From: a virus
Direction: 5' to 3' (one strand)
Virus genome (UHGV): UHGV-0135730
DNA: 54,321 nucleotides
Below, in pieces: positions 43,336 through 52,739 of the stretch. The translations under genes and the position numbers were made by a program. The notes under the pieces were generated by a model, which made no database searches, was not told the DNA's origin, and saw nothing but the letters and a program-made list of their open reading frames with translations. Within the stretch, counting starts at the first letter, position 1, and each line of letters opens with the position of its first letter.

Positions 43336-43805
43336 GATTGTTTCGTCCAGTACCCAAGTTTAATCGTGTTCCAGATCTCATTGAAATTATCTGGTTCCTC
43401 GAACGCCTTGCGCAAAAATTCAGGTTCCGCGTTTGGATCCCAGTAATAACCCTTCCCAGTACCGCCGCCGAACTCAACTACCTGTTTCGGGCCGAAATCT
43501 GAAAGGTTATTGGTTTTCCCGAAATGCTCGCGAGGCTGTCCCATTAATGTCCCCGGCATGTCATGCACCCATTCAGCATAGCGGGCGGTATATCCAACCA
43601 TGAGACAAAGGCCGTTACCGTTTTTCTCGACAGTCTGGTACATGCTGTTAATTAAAAAACCCGTATCAACTGGCGTCATTCCAGATGCAAGGCCGGACGC
43701 GACATTGCCAACAATCCATAGCACTTCATAAGTCTTTTTGTCTGCTATGTTCCTGATTTCTTCCGTCATTTTCATACGGACGCGTTTGACGCCTTTCAGT
43801 GGCAT
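43332..43805 (-). CDS. Head-tail joining protein (HK97 gp10-like)
   Basis: 157 aa; size and position consistent with HK97 gp10 family. Confidence 0.5.
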   Translation of the reverse strand: MPLKGVKRVRMKMTEEIRNIADKKTYEVLWIVGNVASGLASGMTPVDTGFLINSMYQTVEKNGNGLCLMVGYTARYAEWVHDMPGTLMGQPREHFGKTNNLSDFGPKQVVEFGGGTGKGYYWDPNAEPEFLRKAFEEPDNFNEIWNTIKLGYWTKQS

Positions 43806-43807
43806 GA

Positions 43808-44182
43808 TTAACCTCCTGTGACGATCTTATAATCCGGCGTGTCGTTAAACATACTCATGTCCCATTCAACGATCCCAGTTATAAAGTTGGCCCCAGCCGC
43901 CAGCGGGTCAGAAATAGCAGTGGTGTCACCAGTGGCAAGCATCCATCCTTTTTCCGGGAGCTGCACTGGCTGCATCTTGTGAAGCAGTTCGGTATATACG
44001 GTTATCGTGTTGCTAACCTCATTCCCGTTTGCGTCTGTTGCGGTTCCGTCAGTACGCTCCCATGCACAATCTACCAGGTATGGCGCACCGTATACGTCGG
44101 AGTTTGTCCAGTCGTCACGCGTTACGGGGTAAATGGTGGCTAATGCCTTGTAACTGAATCTCGCGATCTTACTCATAGCCAT
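43808..44182 (-). CDS. Head closure / head-tail adaptor protein
   Basis: 124 aa, position. Confidence 0.45.
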   Translation of the reverse strand: MAMSKIARFSYKALATIYPVTRDDWTNSDVYGAPYLVDCAWERTDGTATDANGNEVSNTITVYTELLHKMQPVQLPEKGWMLATGDTTAISDPLAAGANFITGIVEWDMSMFNDTPDYKIVTGG

Positions 44183-44354
44183 AGCTCCATTTAACGATTT
44201 TCGGATGGGTTTTCGCCACTCGCGGGCATAGAATTACCCATTCGCCAGCGTCATTGAGATAGGCCGCCACCTGTCGCCCGGTGTCAGTCTTCACCCACAC
44301 GCGAGTAAACAGTTTCGGCAATAGCGGATCCGGTAATGTCAGGTCGTTCCACAT
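44169..44354 (-). CDS. Hypothetical small structural-module protein
   Basis: 61 aa ORF. Confidence 0.35.
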   Translation of the reverse strand: MWNDLTLPDPLLPKLFTRVWVKTDTGRQVAAYLNDAGEWVILCPRVAKTHPKIVKWSYGYE

Positions 44355-44356
44355 TG

Positions 44357-44743
44357 TTACATCCTCCCGCTTTTACCTATCCAAAGCCCAGCGTGCGCGG
44401 TATTTTCTGGATCTGGTGGGATCAGTTCGGCTGTACAGTGATGTTTATCAAGGGAGTAAAGCAACGAGTAGGCTGCCTTCCATTTTTTATTGAAATCGAC
44501 ATAGCGGTATGACTGGCTTGCACCGTTAGGACCAGTTTGCGAGGAAACGTACTTGTTAGCCTGGGTAAGTCCTAACAGGCCAATAAGATAAAGTTGAATC
44601 AATGTTGCACTGGAGGCCGGATAGTTGGCATCAAGGCATTCATTAACGCTGTTTGCCTGCTCCACCAGCAAGGATAAGATAACGTCTGGCAGGTCAATAC
44701 CCTGGCTTTCAAGATATTCCCGCGCCTGTTCTGTAGTGACCAT
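44357..44743 (-). CDS. Head-tail connector-like protein
   Basis: Start at MVTTEQ (GGAG RBS); first ATG of the ORF lies inside the terminator hairpin. Confidence 0.45.
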   Translation of the reverse strand: MVTTEQAREYLESQGIDLPDVILSLLVEQANSVNECLDANYPASSATLIQLYLIGLLGLTQANKYVSSQTGPNGASQSYRYVDFNKKWKAAYSLLYSLDKHHCTAELIPPDPENTAHAGLWIGKSGRM

Positions 44744-44761
44744 TTTGTTTGCTCCACATAC

Positions 44762-44790
44762 AAAAAAAATCCCCGGCATCGCGCCGGGGA
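44762..44790 (-). terminator. Rho-independent terminator after major capsid gene
   Basis: Hairpin TCCCCGGC-ATCGC-GCCGGGGA followed on minus strand by TTTTTTTT. Confidence 0.75.
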
Positions 44791-44808
44791 GTTACAGGAA
44801 ATGCGAAA

Positions 44809-45861
44809 TTATTTGTGACCGTAAACGACACCGGAACGGCCCAGCATGTCGCAGGTGATTTGTAAACCTTCGGCAGACATGATTTTGAAATTGTAGTTAT
44901 CGGTAGGCATGGTGCGCGGCAGAGGCACTACGCCAGTAGTCATACCAACCAGCGGGGTAATGACGTTGCGGCGGCGTTGATAGGCAATGAACTCGTTGCC
45001 TTTCAGTGCATAGGTCTGACGGATCTCTTTAACCGGAATGAACGGTTTAACGATATTCAGAACACTGCCTACGACAGTCCCGTTTGCAATGTGCGGCGCT
45101 GCCAGGTTAGCCATAATTTCAGGTGACACCCACATGAGATCATACTGGTCAACGCGGTTGTTGCGGGCCATAACACCGAATGCACCAGTGGTGAAGAATT
45201 TGATGAGAGCATCGAATCCGTCAGTGGTGAGATCTTCGGAGGTCATGACTAGTTGCTGGGTATTGCGGTGATTTTTAATACCCTGGCCCGGTTTACCGTT
45301 GACGTTGATTTTTGCGTTACCGTTAAGGTAATACTCAACGCGGGCCTTGTTGAATTTTTGCAGTTTCAGGCGCTGGCTATCCAGTGCAAGGTCAATACCC
45401 ACAGTTTTCAGACCCTCGGAATGACGCCAGCTGACACCGTAACCCGCTGCGAACATCGGGATCGGGTCGCCATCGCTGCCATATTCAGTGTGATCGAAGC
45501 CATGCGGGGCTTGACCATCGATACTAACGACAACCTCATCGTTAATATCACCGGATACGCTGTACATTTTCTCGGTTTTACCGATTGGCAATACGGTTTG
45601 CACAGCCATCAAATCGTTTACGATTTCAATGCCAGTCTCTTCGGTGCTCATTTCGATAATCTGGTTATCGACAGCTTTCCAGAACTCCTGATCGAAGCCG
45701 CCAACGGCATTACATGCCAGGATGTCAGCGGTCATGTTTGCCATATTTGCGGCAATAAGAGCGCCGTCCTGCTCATTGAACATGTTGCGCTGCGCCCAAA
45801 GGTGATCCCACTGGGCACGAATGCGGCTGTTGGTAGCAAGGTTGTGTTTATTAAACAACAT
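44809..45861 (-). CDS. Major capsid protein
   Basis: 350 aa, followed by strong terminator, preceded by decoration and scaffold genes. Confidence 0.7.
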   Translation of the reverse strand: MLFNKHNLATNSRIRAQWDHLWAQRNMFNEQDGALIAANMANMTADILACNAVGGFDQEFWKAVDNQIIEMSTEETGIEIVNDLMAVQTVLPIGKTEKMYSVSGDINDEVVVSIDGQAPHGFDHTEYGSDGDPIPMFAAGYGVSWRHSEGLKTVGIDLALDSQRLKLQKFNKARVEYYLNGNAKINVNGKPGQGIKNHRNTQQLVMTSEDLTTDGFDALIKFFTTGAFGVMARNNRVDQYDLMWVSPEIMANLAAPHIANGTVVGSVLNIVKPFIPVKEIRQTYALKGNEFIAYQRRRNVITPLVGMTTGVVPLPRTMPTDNYNFKIMSAEGLQITCDMLGRSGVVYGHK

Positions 45862-45880
45862 AGTTTTTCACCTCTTATTA

Positions 45881-46291
45881 TTATGCAACGCGGACACGTA
45901 CAAAATCAGCCGCTTCAAGGGTTACAGTTTCCTGGCAGAAAGCGAAAACCGGATCGGCAGATTCACCAGTTGCTGCGACCTTAAAGCCATCAGCACCAAT
46001 GGTGATACCAGCGTCTTTGGTGTAAGTGCCAGTCGGAAGCAGGATTGCGAATTCGCGCCCTTCTTCTGCGTAGTCAGCGACCACGGAATGACCAACCGGG
46101 ATCGCATCTTCAATGCCTAATCCTTCATGGTATGCTGGATTAACAACATAAATACGGCCTACGGTATCGGTGGCGGCAACGAATTTACCAGCCGTCATTT
46201 TTACCGGGGTACCTGGTTTAAGCTCTGCGGCAGATACTGCGGTTTCGGTAATAGATTTACCGTCAATATTCACACGACGAAAACGGGCCAT
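45881..46291 (-). CDS. Head decoration-like protein
   Basis: 136 aa, immediately upstream of capsid gene. Confidence 0.4.
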   Translation of the reverse strand: MARFRRVNIDGKSITETAVSAAELKPGTPVKMTAGKFVAATDTVGRIYVVNPAYHEGLGIEDAIPVGHSVVADYAEEGREFAILLPTGTYTKDAGITIGADGFKVAATGESADPVFAFCQETVTLEAADFVRVRVA

Positions 46292-46301
46292 AATTCACCT
46301 C

Positions 46302-47588
46302 TTATGCGAAATAGTTGTTAATGTCAGGGGTGGCAGGTTTATTTCCACCAGCGGCGGAGTTTGCTGCCATTGGTGCTGCTTTACCCAGAGATTTAAACAT
46401 TGCTTCTAACGCTTCCCCACTTAATGCGTTAGCAACAATTTCGCCGTGTACTTTCGCAACTGCGGCGCGTTTTTCTGCTACTTCTTTATTTGCGTTTGCT
46501 GCGATCTCTTCTTTAATCGCTTTTTGATTGGTCTGTAATTCTTCAACGCTTGCCTGTACTGGTTTAAGCGCTTCAGCGATTGCATTAGCCATATTTGCAG
46601 TGATGCTTTCGTTAATTTCTTTTACCAGTTCGGCGCGTTCTTCTTTGGTCAAAGGCATGGGATCGTCCTCCGATTTATTGGCCTTAATTTTTTCGTTTAA
46701 TGAGAAAAGATTGGATAGGTGTTCAGCGAACTGAGCGAACCAGGATTTACCTTCCTCATTGGTTGCAAGCTCGCCATTATTGAGAATTATTTTATCAGCC
46801 TGTTTTTCATACGTGCAAACTTGAGCATTTTCAGCGTTAGTAGCAATCGTCACTTCTTTATCAGTGAAGTCCACGACATAGACATAATCTGCATCGGGGA
46901 ACAGTTTACGCGCCGCTTCCTCAAGTTGTCTTTCAAGCGTGCGATAGCTGTTTTCTTTCATTGCCACCGCCATTAATGGCTTCGCCTGGTCAGTGTTAAC
47001 CATCAGGCCAACGCCCTGTTCAGGCGATGCGGCTGGCGGTTCATGCAATAAGATAGCGTCATGGTCAATCGACATAATTTTGACAACGCTGTCAGCACCC
47101 TGTGCTTTCATCTCTTCAGTAGCTGGCATGCGCTGACGATATACGGCAACAGATGACCAGATCGGATCTTTGCTTTCGCCTTTTTCCAGTGCTTCCAGTC
47201 GGCTTAATAATTCGCGGCCTTGTTCTGAATGGCTGGCGGTTTCCACATCCACCCATTTTTCCACATAAACACGGTTGCCGCGTAATTCAACATTTCTGTT
47301 CCACGCTCCACAAAAGCCAATATTCAGACCTTCCGGGCTAAATGCGGAAACAAATTCACCGTCAACCGTAGGATGGCCCAGCGGTGCGAGCGTGCCTTCC
47401 AGAGATTGATAATTAGCAATGATTTCGGCTTCCGGGTAATATTCCCGATTCATAACGATATTGAAGGGCAACGTATAAGACGGGACCACAATATGTTCGC
47501 GCCCGTTATATGTTTCCCGGCGGATGGTATTAGCGGTTAATTTGGTATTAACCTGAATCAGTTCTTTACTCACGGTTTTTACTCCCAA
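46302..47588 (-). CDS. Scaffolding / prohead protease-like protein
   Basis: 428 aa, coiled-coil Ala/Glu/Lys-rich C-terminal half; position between head morphogenesis and capsid genes. Confidence 0.45.
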   Translation of the reverse strand: MGVKTVSKELIQVNTKLTANTIRRETYNGREHIVVPSYTLPFNIVMNREYYPEAEIIANYQSLEGTLAPLGHPTVDGEFVSAFSPEGLNIGFCGAWNRNVELRGNRVYVEKWVDVETASHSEQGRELLSRLEALEKGESKDPIWSSVAVYRQRMPATEEMKAQGADSVVKIMSIDHDAILLHEPPAASPEQGVGLMVNTDQAKPLMAVAMKENSYRTLERQLEEAARKLFPDADYVYVVDFTDKEVTIATNAENAQVCTYEKQADKIILNNGELATNEEGKSWFAQFAEHLSNLFSLNEKIKANKSEDDPMPLTKEERAELVKEINESITANMANAIAEALKPVQASVEELQTNQKAIKEEIAANANKEVAEKRAAVAKVHGEIVANALSGEALEAMFKSLGKAAPMAANSAAGGNKPATPDINNYFA

Positions 47589-48523
47589 TCTTCGCCATAT
47601 TTAGCGTGCGCAACTTTATAGTTTTCTTGCGCCCGATCTAATATTCGTTTGTTTAATATATTACCGTCTTCGTCAACTAATACGGTAATCGTGCTACATT
47701 TGCAGTTAATTGAATTAGGGGATTTGCTCCACCATTCGCGCTGCTCTTCTATGGTGTACGTTTTCCCGTGTCGCTGTGCGTGTGACAGCCTGGTAGTCGG
47801 TGACAATGCCGAAATATGCATCTGCATAGTGCGCAAGTTAAGCTCATCCGATGCGGCCTCTGCCTCATCCATACGCGCTGTGCGTAACGCTGTGCATATT
47901 TCAGTACGGGCAATACGTTTGCACCTGTATAGCGGCAATTGCGTTTCCTGCTGCAATGTGCGCGCTATTTCCAGTGGGTTTAGGCCACGGGCCATGCCTT
48001 CGGTTAATCGGCGGGCCATATCCTTCTTGATCTGTGCGGTAAGACCGCGCATCTCTTCAAATACACGGGTACGGACCAGGGCAAGGCGCGTGCGATAGGT
48101 CTGACTGGTTAATACTGCCGACACTTCAGGATAAGCCCTGGAATATGTGACTGACTGGTTAGCGAGGTTGGCATATTCCTGAGAAGTGCCGCGCTGATAT
48201 GCCACCTTCACGTATTCCTGCCAGAACCAGAAGTTTTCCGGGTCTGTTAACTCGAATATTTCATCAATCATGACGCTGGCGTCTTCCAGCAAATCATGCA
48301 ATTCGTCAATGTAGATCTGGAAGGTGTATTTCTTGTTAACAGCCAGGCTATATTGCATCCTGTCCAGTATGGCGATATACGGATCCGCAACTTTCTTCAG
48401 GCAGGTTTTAAAACGCTTGATAGCTCCCGACCGTAACTTACCTGTCATGGTCGGGTCTTCGGTGTTAGATGGCATTATCGCGGCTGGAGGTATTCGCCTG
48501 ATTATCTTCTTCACCCTCATCAT
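47579..48523 (-). CDS. Head morphogenesis protein (Mu F-like)
   Basis: 314 aa following portal; strong GAGGAGG RBS at first ATG; 3' overlap with portal. Confidence 0.55.
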   Translation of the reverse strand: MMRVKKIIRRIPPAAIMPSNTEDPTMTGKLRSGAIKRFKTCLKKVADPYIAILDRMQYSLAVNKKYTFQIYIDELHDLLEDASVMIDEIFELTDPENFWFWQEYVKVAYQRGTSQEYANLANQSVTYSRAYPEVSAVLTSQTYRTRLALVRTRVFEEMRGLTAQIKKDMARRLTEGMARGLNPLEIARTLQQETQLPLYRCKRIARTEICTALRTARMDEAEAASDELNLRTMQMHISALSPTTRLSHAQRHGKTYTIEEQREWWSKSPNSINCKCSTITVLVDEDGNILNKRILDRAQENYKVAHAKYGEDWE

Positions 48524-49835
48524 CGTCCTCCTCTTCCGTTTCTACTTCACTGGCTGGGCCATCGTATCCGGCAGCCTCGCGGATCTCGTCACCGCTAAAT
48601 ATTTCTTCACCAGTAGCCAGACAAGCCTGATTGATTTGTGCCATTTTGTATGCCGCTTCCAGTAGTTCGGCTTTGGTCATAGCGTTCAGGTCGTCCCATA
48701 TCACTGATACGTCTACTGGCATACTGATAAGGCGTAGCGCTGCCATCTTGCTAAACAGATCTTCAAGCTCACCCCCGATTTCCTCCCTGCGAGTCATACA
48801 GCGGCTGTTGAAGTAGCGGAGGTCTTCGGTTGATGCGCGTTCGCCCTGCTGGTTCCCAACCAGGATGCGGGTCGGAATATCAATACCAGCGGCGGCGGTT
48901 TGCAGGTTGACGTCATAGGTTGCTGACGGGTCAGATACGGCAGTCACCAGCGGGCTTACTGTCGCCCCTTGTAATGCCATCATCACGTCGTTACCCTTAT
49001 TCATTTCAGCCGCTGCCTCATTGAATCTTTCTCGCAGCTCTGTGACGTCGCAATCGTATGTTGCAGCCAGGGAGCGGAAGTCGATTTCCTTATCGAATGA
49101 GATAGCAAGCTGGCGGGCGGCGTTTTTCAGGAATGATTCACCGCTACCCCCTTCCACCTTCTCAAGTGACACAAAGGCGTTATAGGACGGTTCAAGGAAA
49201 GCGATGGCATCATCAGAATAGTCGCCAAAGATGAAAATACGGTCAGGGTGGATCCTTCTTGCTATGGTCTTACTGTTAATGCGTTCTTTGTATTCCCACC
49301 ACGTCGGCAGGCCATAGTTTTCACTGTTTGGGTCTTCTTCGAACTCCTTCGGCGTAAGCGCACCAGCCCATACCGGGGTAAATTTGGCAATGCCTACGCC
49401 TTTTGTGACTGGCTTATCCCACGGCTGGTTATCTCTGACATGAATCAACAGGCCAGCATAACGACCGATGAGGCGGCGGCGGTCACATTCGGCAATGGTG
49501 CGCCAAAATCTGTTGTCGAATTGTTTCTTGATTTCTCTTTCCCAGGGTGTTTCCTTTTCGGCTTTCTCGTCTTCGGTTCCCTCGATTAGCGTTGGCATGG
49601 TTCGCCAGCAAGTGGTAACAATCTTCTCAACAGCACCGTGAGCGATACCACCGCGCCTGTACAGTTTGTATAGATCGTCGTACGTGATCTCTTCTTTGAA
49701 TCCGTATTCACTCCATGCAGCATCGCGTTTGGCATCTATCCCCATAGTGAATGGGTGGGCTGCGGCATAGCGGGCATATGCAGCCTGGCGTTGAGACAAG
49801 GCAGCATTAACCGCCAATTCTAAATTGGATGGCAT
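48465..49835 (-). CDS. Portal protein
   Basis: Follows terminase large subunit; acidic C-terminal tail; start reassigned to ATG 49835 (AGGAG RBS). Confidence 0.65.
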   Translation of the reverse strand: MPSNLELAVNAALSQRQAAYARYAAAHPFTMGIDAKRDAAWSEYGFKEEITYDDLYKLYRRGGIAHGAVEKIVTTCWRTMPTLIEGTEDEKAEKETPWEREIKKQFDNRFWRTIAECDRRRLIGRYAGLLIHVRDNQPWDKPVTKGVGIAKFTPVWAGALTPKEFEEDPNSENYGLPTWWEYKERINSKTIARRIHPDRIFIFGDYSDDAIAFLEPSYNAFVSLEKVEGGSGESFLKNAARQLAISFDKEIDFRSLAATYDCDVTELRERFNEAAAEMNKGNDVMMALQGATVSPLVTAVSDPSATYDVNLQTAAAGIDIPTRILVGNQQGERASTEDLRYFNSRCMTRREEIGGELEDLFSKMAALRLISMPVDVSVIWDDLNAMTKAELLEAAYKMAQINQACLATGEEIFSGDEIREAAGYDGPASEVETEEEDDDEGEEDNQANTSSRDNAI

Positions 49836-49852
49836 AATGTTTACTCCTGAAT

Positions 49853-49881
49853 ACATGTTTACGCGTTGCTACGCGAAAAAT
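49853..49881 (-). promoter_or_regulatory. Conserved 29-nt element at portal gene start (copy of 37640-37668)
   Basis: Minus strand ATTTTTCGCGTAGCAACGCGTAAACATGT. Confidence 0.45.
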
Positions 49882-49912
49882 AGAAAAACTTGTGGGTAGT
49901 TGTGAGGCAGAT

Positions 49913-51397
49913 TTAAAATCCGCGCAGGCGCTTCGGTAACATAAGGCCCATCGCCTGTGGCTGGCTTAGTTCAGTGATACCCCATACCATTGCGTCCATA
50001 CGGTCAGGGGATTTTTTAGCGGTTGCTGGCACGTATTCCATCATTTGATTTTCCAGCGTGTACAGGCTGCCAGTGTGGGCCACCCTTCCTTGTGCATACA
50101 GTGCCGATATTGGTTCGGCACGGGCGAATTTACCCTTGCTTGCGTGCACCTTAACAATGCGGCCTTTGAATCCGGCGTTACGTAGCGTGGCCTCTGCCAT
50201 TTCGCCGCCCTGGTTGGTTTCGATAACCATCGCGTCAGCTTCATGGATGTTGTAGGCGTTCATTGCTGCTTGCGCCCAGTCGTTAGGAGACATGCGGCCT
50301 GAGTAGTCACCATCAACAGAATACTGAGCATTCTTGCCGCCACCATAAGCGGAACACGCCATGATCCCCGTTTCGTCCGACTCATCAGATGACGTTGTCG
50401 CCGGGTCAATGGCTATTACCGTGCGGATCTTGTCCTGCGTTATCTGCATCCGGTGCGCTGCGGTTATCATCGCTTCAGTCCACAATGCACCCTCTTCGTC
50501 GAACTTACGCGGGCGCTGCATGTACTGGGCCTCAAATGACCGTCTGTGTGCCTTCAATCCAGCTTCATGGGCGTCATTGTGTTTTTTAGGCCATAGCCAG
50601 CCATCAGGCAGGTTGTGAGCAATAGGGATAGCGAACTCGTTTTCAGGGTACAGATCCCGGTAGTCAACGCTGTTGTCGATCTTCACTGGCAGGTTAAGGT
50701 GATACCACTTTTCACCGCTCCCACCGCGTAGCAGGTAGCCGGACAAATCATCGTAGTGGATGCGCTGCATGATGACGATAACAGGCGTCGTTTGCACTGC
50801 CAGACGTGAAGCAAGCGTGTCGTTATAGTTGGTGTTAACCTGCTTTCTCACCACGTCAGAATAAGCGTCAGCGGGTTTTAATGGGTCGTCGATGATTAAC
50901 GCGCCGTTAAATCCTGGTTCCATATACCCCGCACGGAACCCAGTAACCTGGCCAAGCGATGACGTTGCATACACGCCGCCACCGTATTCAGTCCACCACA
51001 TCGATTTACTGTTTGCATCGTTGCGGATCTTCATGGGCCACATTGCCTGATATTCAGGCGTGCAGATCATATTTCTTACAGTCGAGGAATTGAGTAGCGC
51101 CAGGTTGTTGGAATAGGAAACGTGAAGGAATCGTGTGCGGGGATTTATTGCGAGGGACCGCGCCATCATATTGATAGTTGCGATCATGGTTTTACCGTAC
51201 CCTGGGGGAATGTTAATAATGAGGCGGGTTATCTCACCATTAATAACGCGTTGCAATGCATCACGGATAGCTAAATGATGGCCTGATAATAACATCTTCG
51301 TTCCGTTCGCTTGCTTATAGAAGTAGCGATTGAAAAACAGGCCATCGTTTTCACATTTGGACTGAATAACTCGTTCTTTGATTGTCAACATAATCAC
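49913..51397 (-). CDS. Terminase large subunit
   Basis: Walker A-like PPGYGKT; C-terminal nuclease-like acidic residues; 494 aa. Confidence 0.85.
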   Translation of the reverse strand: MIMLTIKERVIQSKCENDGLFFNRYFYKQANGTKMLLSGHHLAIRDALQRVINGEITRLIINIPPGYGKTMIATINMMARSLAINPRTRFLHVSYSNNLALLNSSTVRNMICTPEYQAMWPMKIRNDANSKSMWWTEYGGGVYATSSLGQVTGFRAGYMEPGFNGALIIDDPLKPADAYSDVVRKQVNTNYNDTLASRLAVQTTPVIVIMQRIHYDDLSGYLLRGGSGEKWYHLNLPVKIDNSVDYRDLYPENEFAIPIAHNLPDGWLWPKKHNDAHEAGLKAHRRSFEAQYMQRPRKFDEEGALWTEAMITAAHRMQITQDKIRTVIAIDPATTSSDESDETGIMACSAYGGGKNAQYSVDGDYSGRMSPNDWAQAAMNAYNIHEADAMVIETNQGGEMAEATLRNAGFKGRIVKVHASKGKFARAEPISALYAQGRVAHTGSLYTLENQMMEYVPATAKKSPDRMDAMVWGITELSQPQAMGLMLPKRLRGF

Positions 51398-51879
51398 ACC
51401 TCATCTTCTACTTCCTGAACGATGCGGGCGATCTCTTCTTTTGTGACTTCTACCTGTACGGGCGCTTCTTCCCTGTTGCCTACGATTTCCTGCGTAACGC
51501 GTTCGCCATACTTACGCGGTTGCAGTTTTGCCAATAGCCATTTACGCGTTTCAATCATCAGTTGATGGCGGCGGCATTCGTCTTTATCGATGTTCTCCGC
51601 TGCATCGGCTATATCGATGATCTCATCAGCCAATACCTCAAAACCGATCTCCTTCGCGCGCATGTACATGTCCGAGAACCCTGGCACGTCTCTGAACCAT
51701 TTAAGGATTGTTGAACGCGCAGGCATATCAGGCATCTTCGAAATTTTGTTAATACTCTGACCGTCCGCCACCAGCTCACAGATTTCTAATGCCTTTTCTT
51801 CGGTATAACCATGCGGACGGCCCGTCTTTTTGGCTGCTGGCTTTTTATCGTCAGCCTTTGCCTTTTTCGTGCGGGCCAT
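51394..51879 (-). CDS. Terminase small subunit
   Basis: 161 aa, HTH-like N-terminal region, ATGA coupling to large subunit. Confidence 0.7.
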   Translation of the reverse strand: MARTKKAKADDKKPAAKKTGRPHGYTEEKALEICELVADGQSINKISKMPDMPARSTILKWFRDVPGFSDMYMRAKEIGFEVLADEIIDIADAAENIDKDECRRHQLMIETRKWLLAKLQPRKYGERVTQEIVGNREEAPVQVEVTKEEIARIVQEVEDEV

Positions 51880-51889
51880 AATTCACCTC

Positions 51890-51973
51890 TTAATATTTAT
51901 TGATGATATATACGCAAGCCACAAAACTTGCGCAGTATGTTAATACTTCCAACCAGTCGAATAGCTCTTTCAT
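51890..51973 (-). CDS. Small hydrophobic peptide 0 (27 aa)
   Basis: MKELFDWLEVLTYCASFVACVYIINKY; RBS AAGGG; first member of tandem array next to terS. Confidence 0.45.
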   Translation of the reverse strand: MKELFDWLEVLTYCASFVACVYIINKY

Positions 51974-51983
51974 TGCTTACCCT

Positions 51984-52052
51984 TTATGCGAAGAAAACGA
52001 TAACGACTAACAGCGAACTTATAGCTATGATTAAGAAATCGACGTCAGACAT
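51984..52052 (-). CDS. Small hydrophobic peptide 1 (22 aa)
   Basis: MSDVDFLIIAISSLLVVIVFFA; ATGTCTGA overlap with upstream peptide gene. Confidence 0.5.
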   Translation of the reverse strand: MSDVDFLIIAISSLLVVIVFFA

Positions 52053-52119
52053 TGATAATAAACCCAATAATAACAACCGCAGCGATGCACACGAATAATA
52101 CTGCTTCGATAGTTTCCAT
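52045..52119 (-). CDS. Small hydrophobic peptide 2 (24 aa)
   Basis: METIEAVLFVCIAAVVIIGFIINV; RBS AGGTGA. Confidence 0.5.
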   Translation of the reverse strand: METIEAVLFVCIAAVVIIGFIINV

Positions 52120-52127
52120 ATATTCAC

Positions 52128-52196
52128 CTATTGAGTCAGCGCGGTCATGGTAAGAACAATCGCAACAATCAGGAAAAAGAAATCAAGCAGTTTCAT
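52128..52196 (-). CDS. Small hydrophobic peptide 3 (22 aa)
   Basis: MKLLDFFFLIVAIVLTMTALTQ; strong RBS AGGAGG. Confidence 0.55.
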   Translation of the reverse strand: MKLLDFFFLIVAIVLTMTALTQ

Positions 52197-52213
52197 TTTT
52201 AACCTCCTGCGAT

Positions 52214-52285
52214 TCAGTTAACGCTTAAAAGGACGGCAACGATGACGATCACTATAATCATGCAAAAGAAGTCTGCTTCTCTCAT
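52214..52285 (-). CDS. Small hydrophobic peptide 4 (23 aa)
   Basis: MREADFFCMIIVIVIVAVLLSVN; ATGA overlap with upstream peptide gene. Confidence 0.5.
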   Translation of the reverse strand: MREADFFCMIIVIVIVAVLLSVN

Positions 52286-52362
52286 CTTTTCAACCCTCGA
52301 TAAAAATCTACGGCGATAACTGTAATAACAGCCACCAGCAATAGCATTTCGTATGCATTCAT
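52282..52362 (-). CDS. Small hydrophobic peptide 5 (26 aa)
   Basis: MNAYEMLLLVAVITVIAVDFYRGLKR; ATGA overlap. Confidence 0.5.
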   Translation of the reverse strand: MNAYEMLLLVAVITVIAVDFYRGLKR

Positions 52363-52457
52363 TTGATGCTACCCATAACAAGGCCGATGATGATAATTAT
52401 GGCGACAATGCCTAACATCATTCCGCACATAATCGCCAGTAATTCGAATATATCCAT
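52359..52457 (-). CDS. Small hydrophobic peptide 6 (32 aa)
   Basis: MDIFELLAIMCGMMLGIVAIIIIIGLVMGSIK; RBS AGGTGA. Confidence 0.5.
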   Translation of the reverse strand: MDIFELLAIMCGMMLGIVAIIIIIGLVMGSIK

Positions 52458-52465
52458 GCCGTCAC

Positions 52466-52540
52466 CTATACAACATTCTTCCACCAGAAATAGATAATGA
52501 CGGCGACCACCAACCACCAGATGAGATCGTAAATATTCAT
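52466..52540 (-). CDS. Small hydrophobic peptide 7 (24 aa)
   Basis: MNIYDLIWWLVVAVIIYFWWKNVV; RBS AAAGG. Confidence 0.5.
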   Translation of the reverse strand: MNIYDLIWWLVVAVIIYFWWKNVV

Positions 52541-52551
52541 GATGAGAACCT

Positions 52552-52626
52552 TTAGCTTTCAATGAATATCATGATCGCCAGCCATACAGCGACGCAGGCA
52601 GAAAGGATAATGAGCGGGTCAATCAT
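52552..52626 (-). CDS. Small hydrophobic peptide 8 (24 aa)
   Basis: MIDPLIILSACVAVWLAIMIFIES; RBS GGGGTGG. Confidence 0.5.
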   Translation of the reverse strand: MIDPLIILSACVAVWLAIMIFIES

Positions 52627-52639
52627 CTTGCCACCCCAT

Positions 52640-52735
52640 CTAATACTTGCTCTTTACGGTTATCAGTACAGCAATAACAAAACTCACCAGAAATACAGAA
52701 ACGCCGATTAATCCGGCGATGATATAATCGTCCAT
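52640..52735 (-). CDS. Small hydrophobic peptide 9 (31 aa)
   Basis: MDDYIIAGLIGVSVFLVSFVIAVLITVKSKY; RBS GGTGA. Confidence 0.5.
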   Translation of the reverse strand: MDDYIIAGLIGVSVFLVSFVIAVLITVKSKY

Positions 52736-52739
52736 AACA

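Noticed and set aside
44357-44779. First ATG (44779) as the connector-gene start
   Set aside because: It falls inside the capsid-gene terminator hairpin; ATG 44743 has a GGAG RBS.
48465-49856. First ATG (49856) as the portal start
   Set aside because: No Shine-Dalgarno sequence; the ATG lies inside the conserved 29-nt element. ATG 49835 has an AGGAG RBS at correct spacing.
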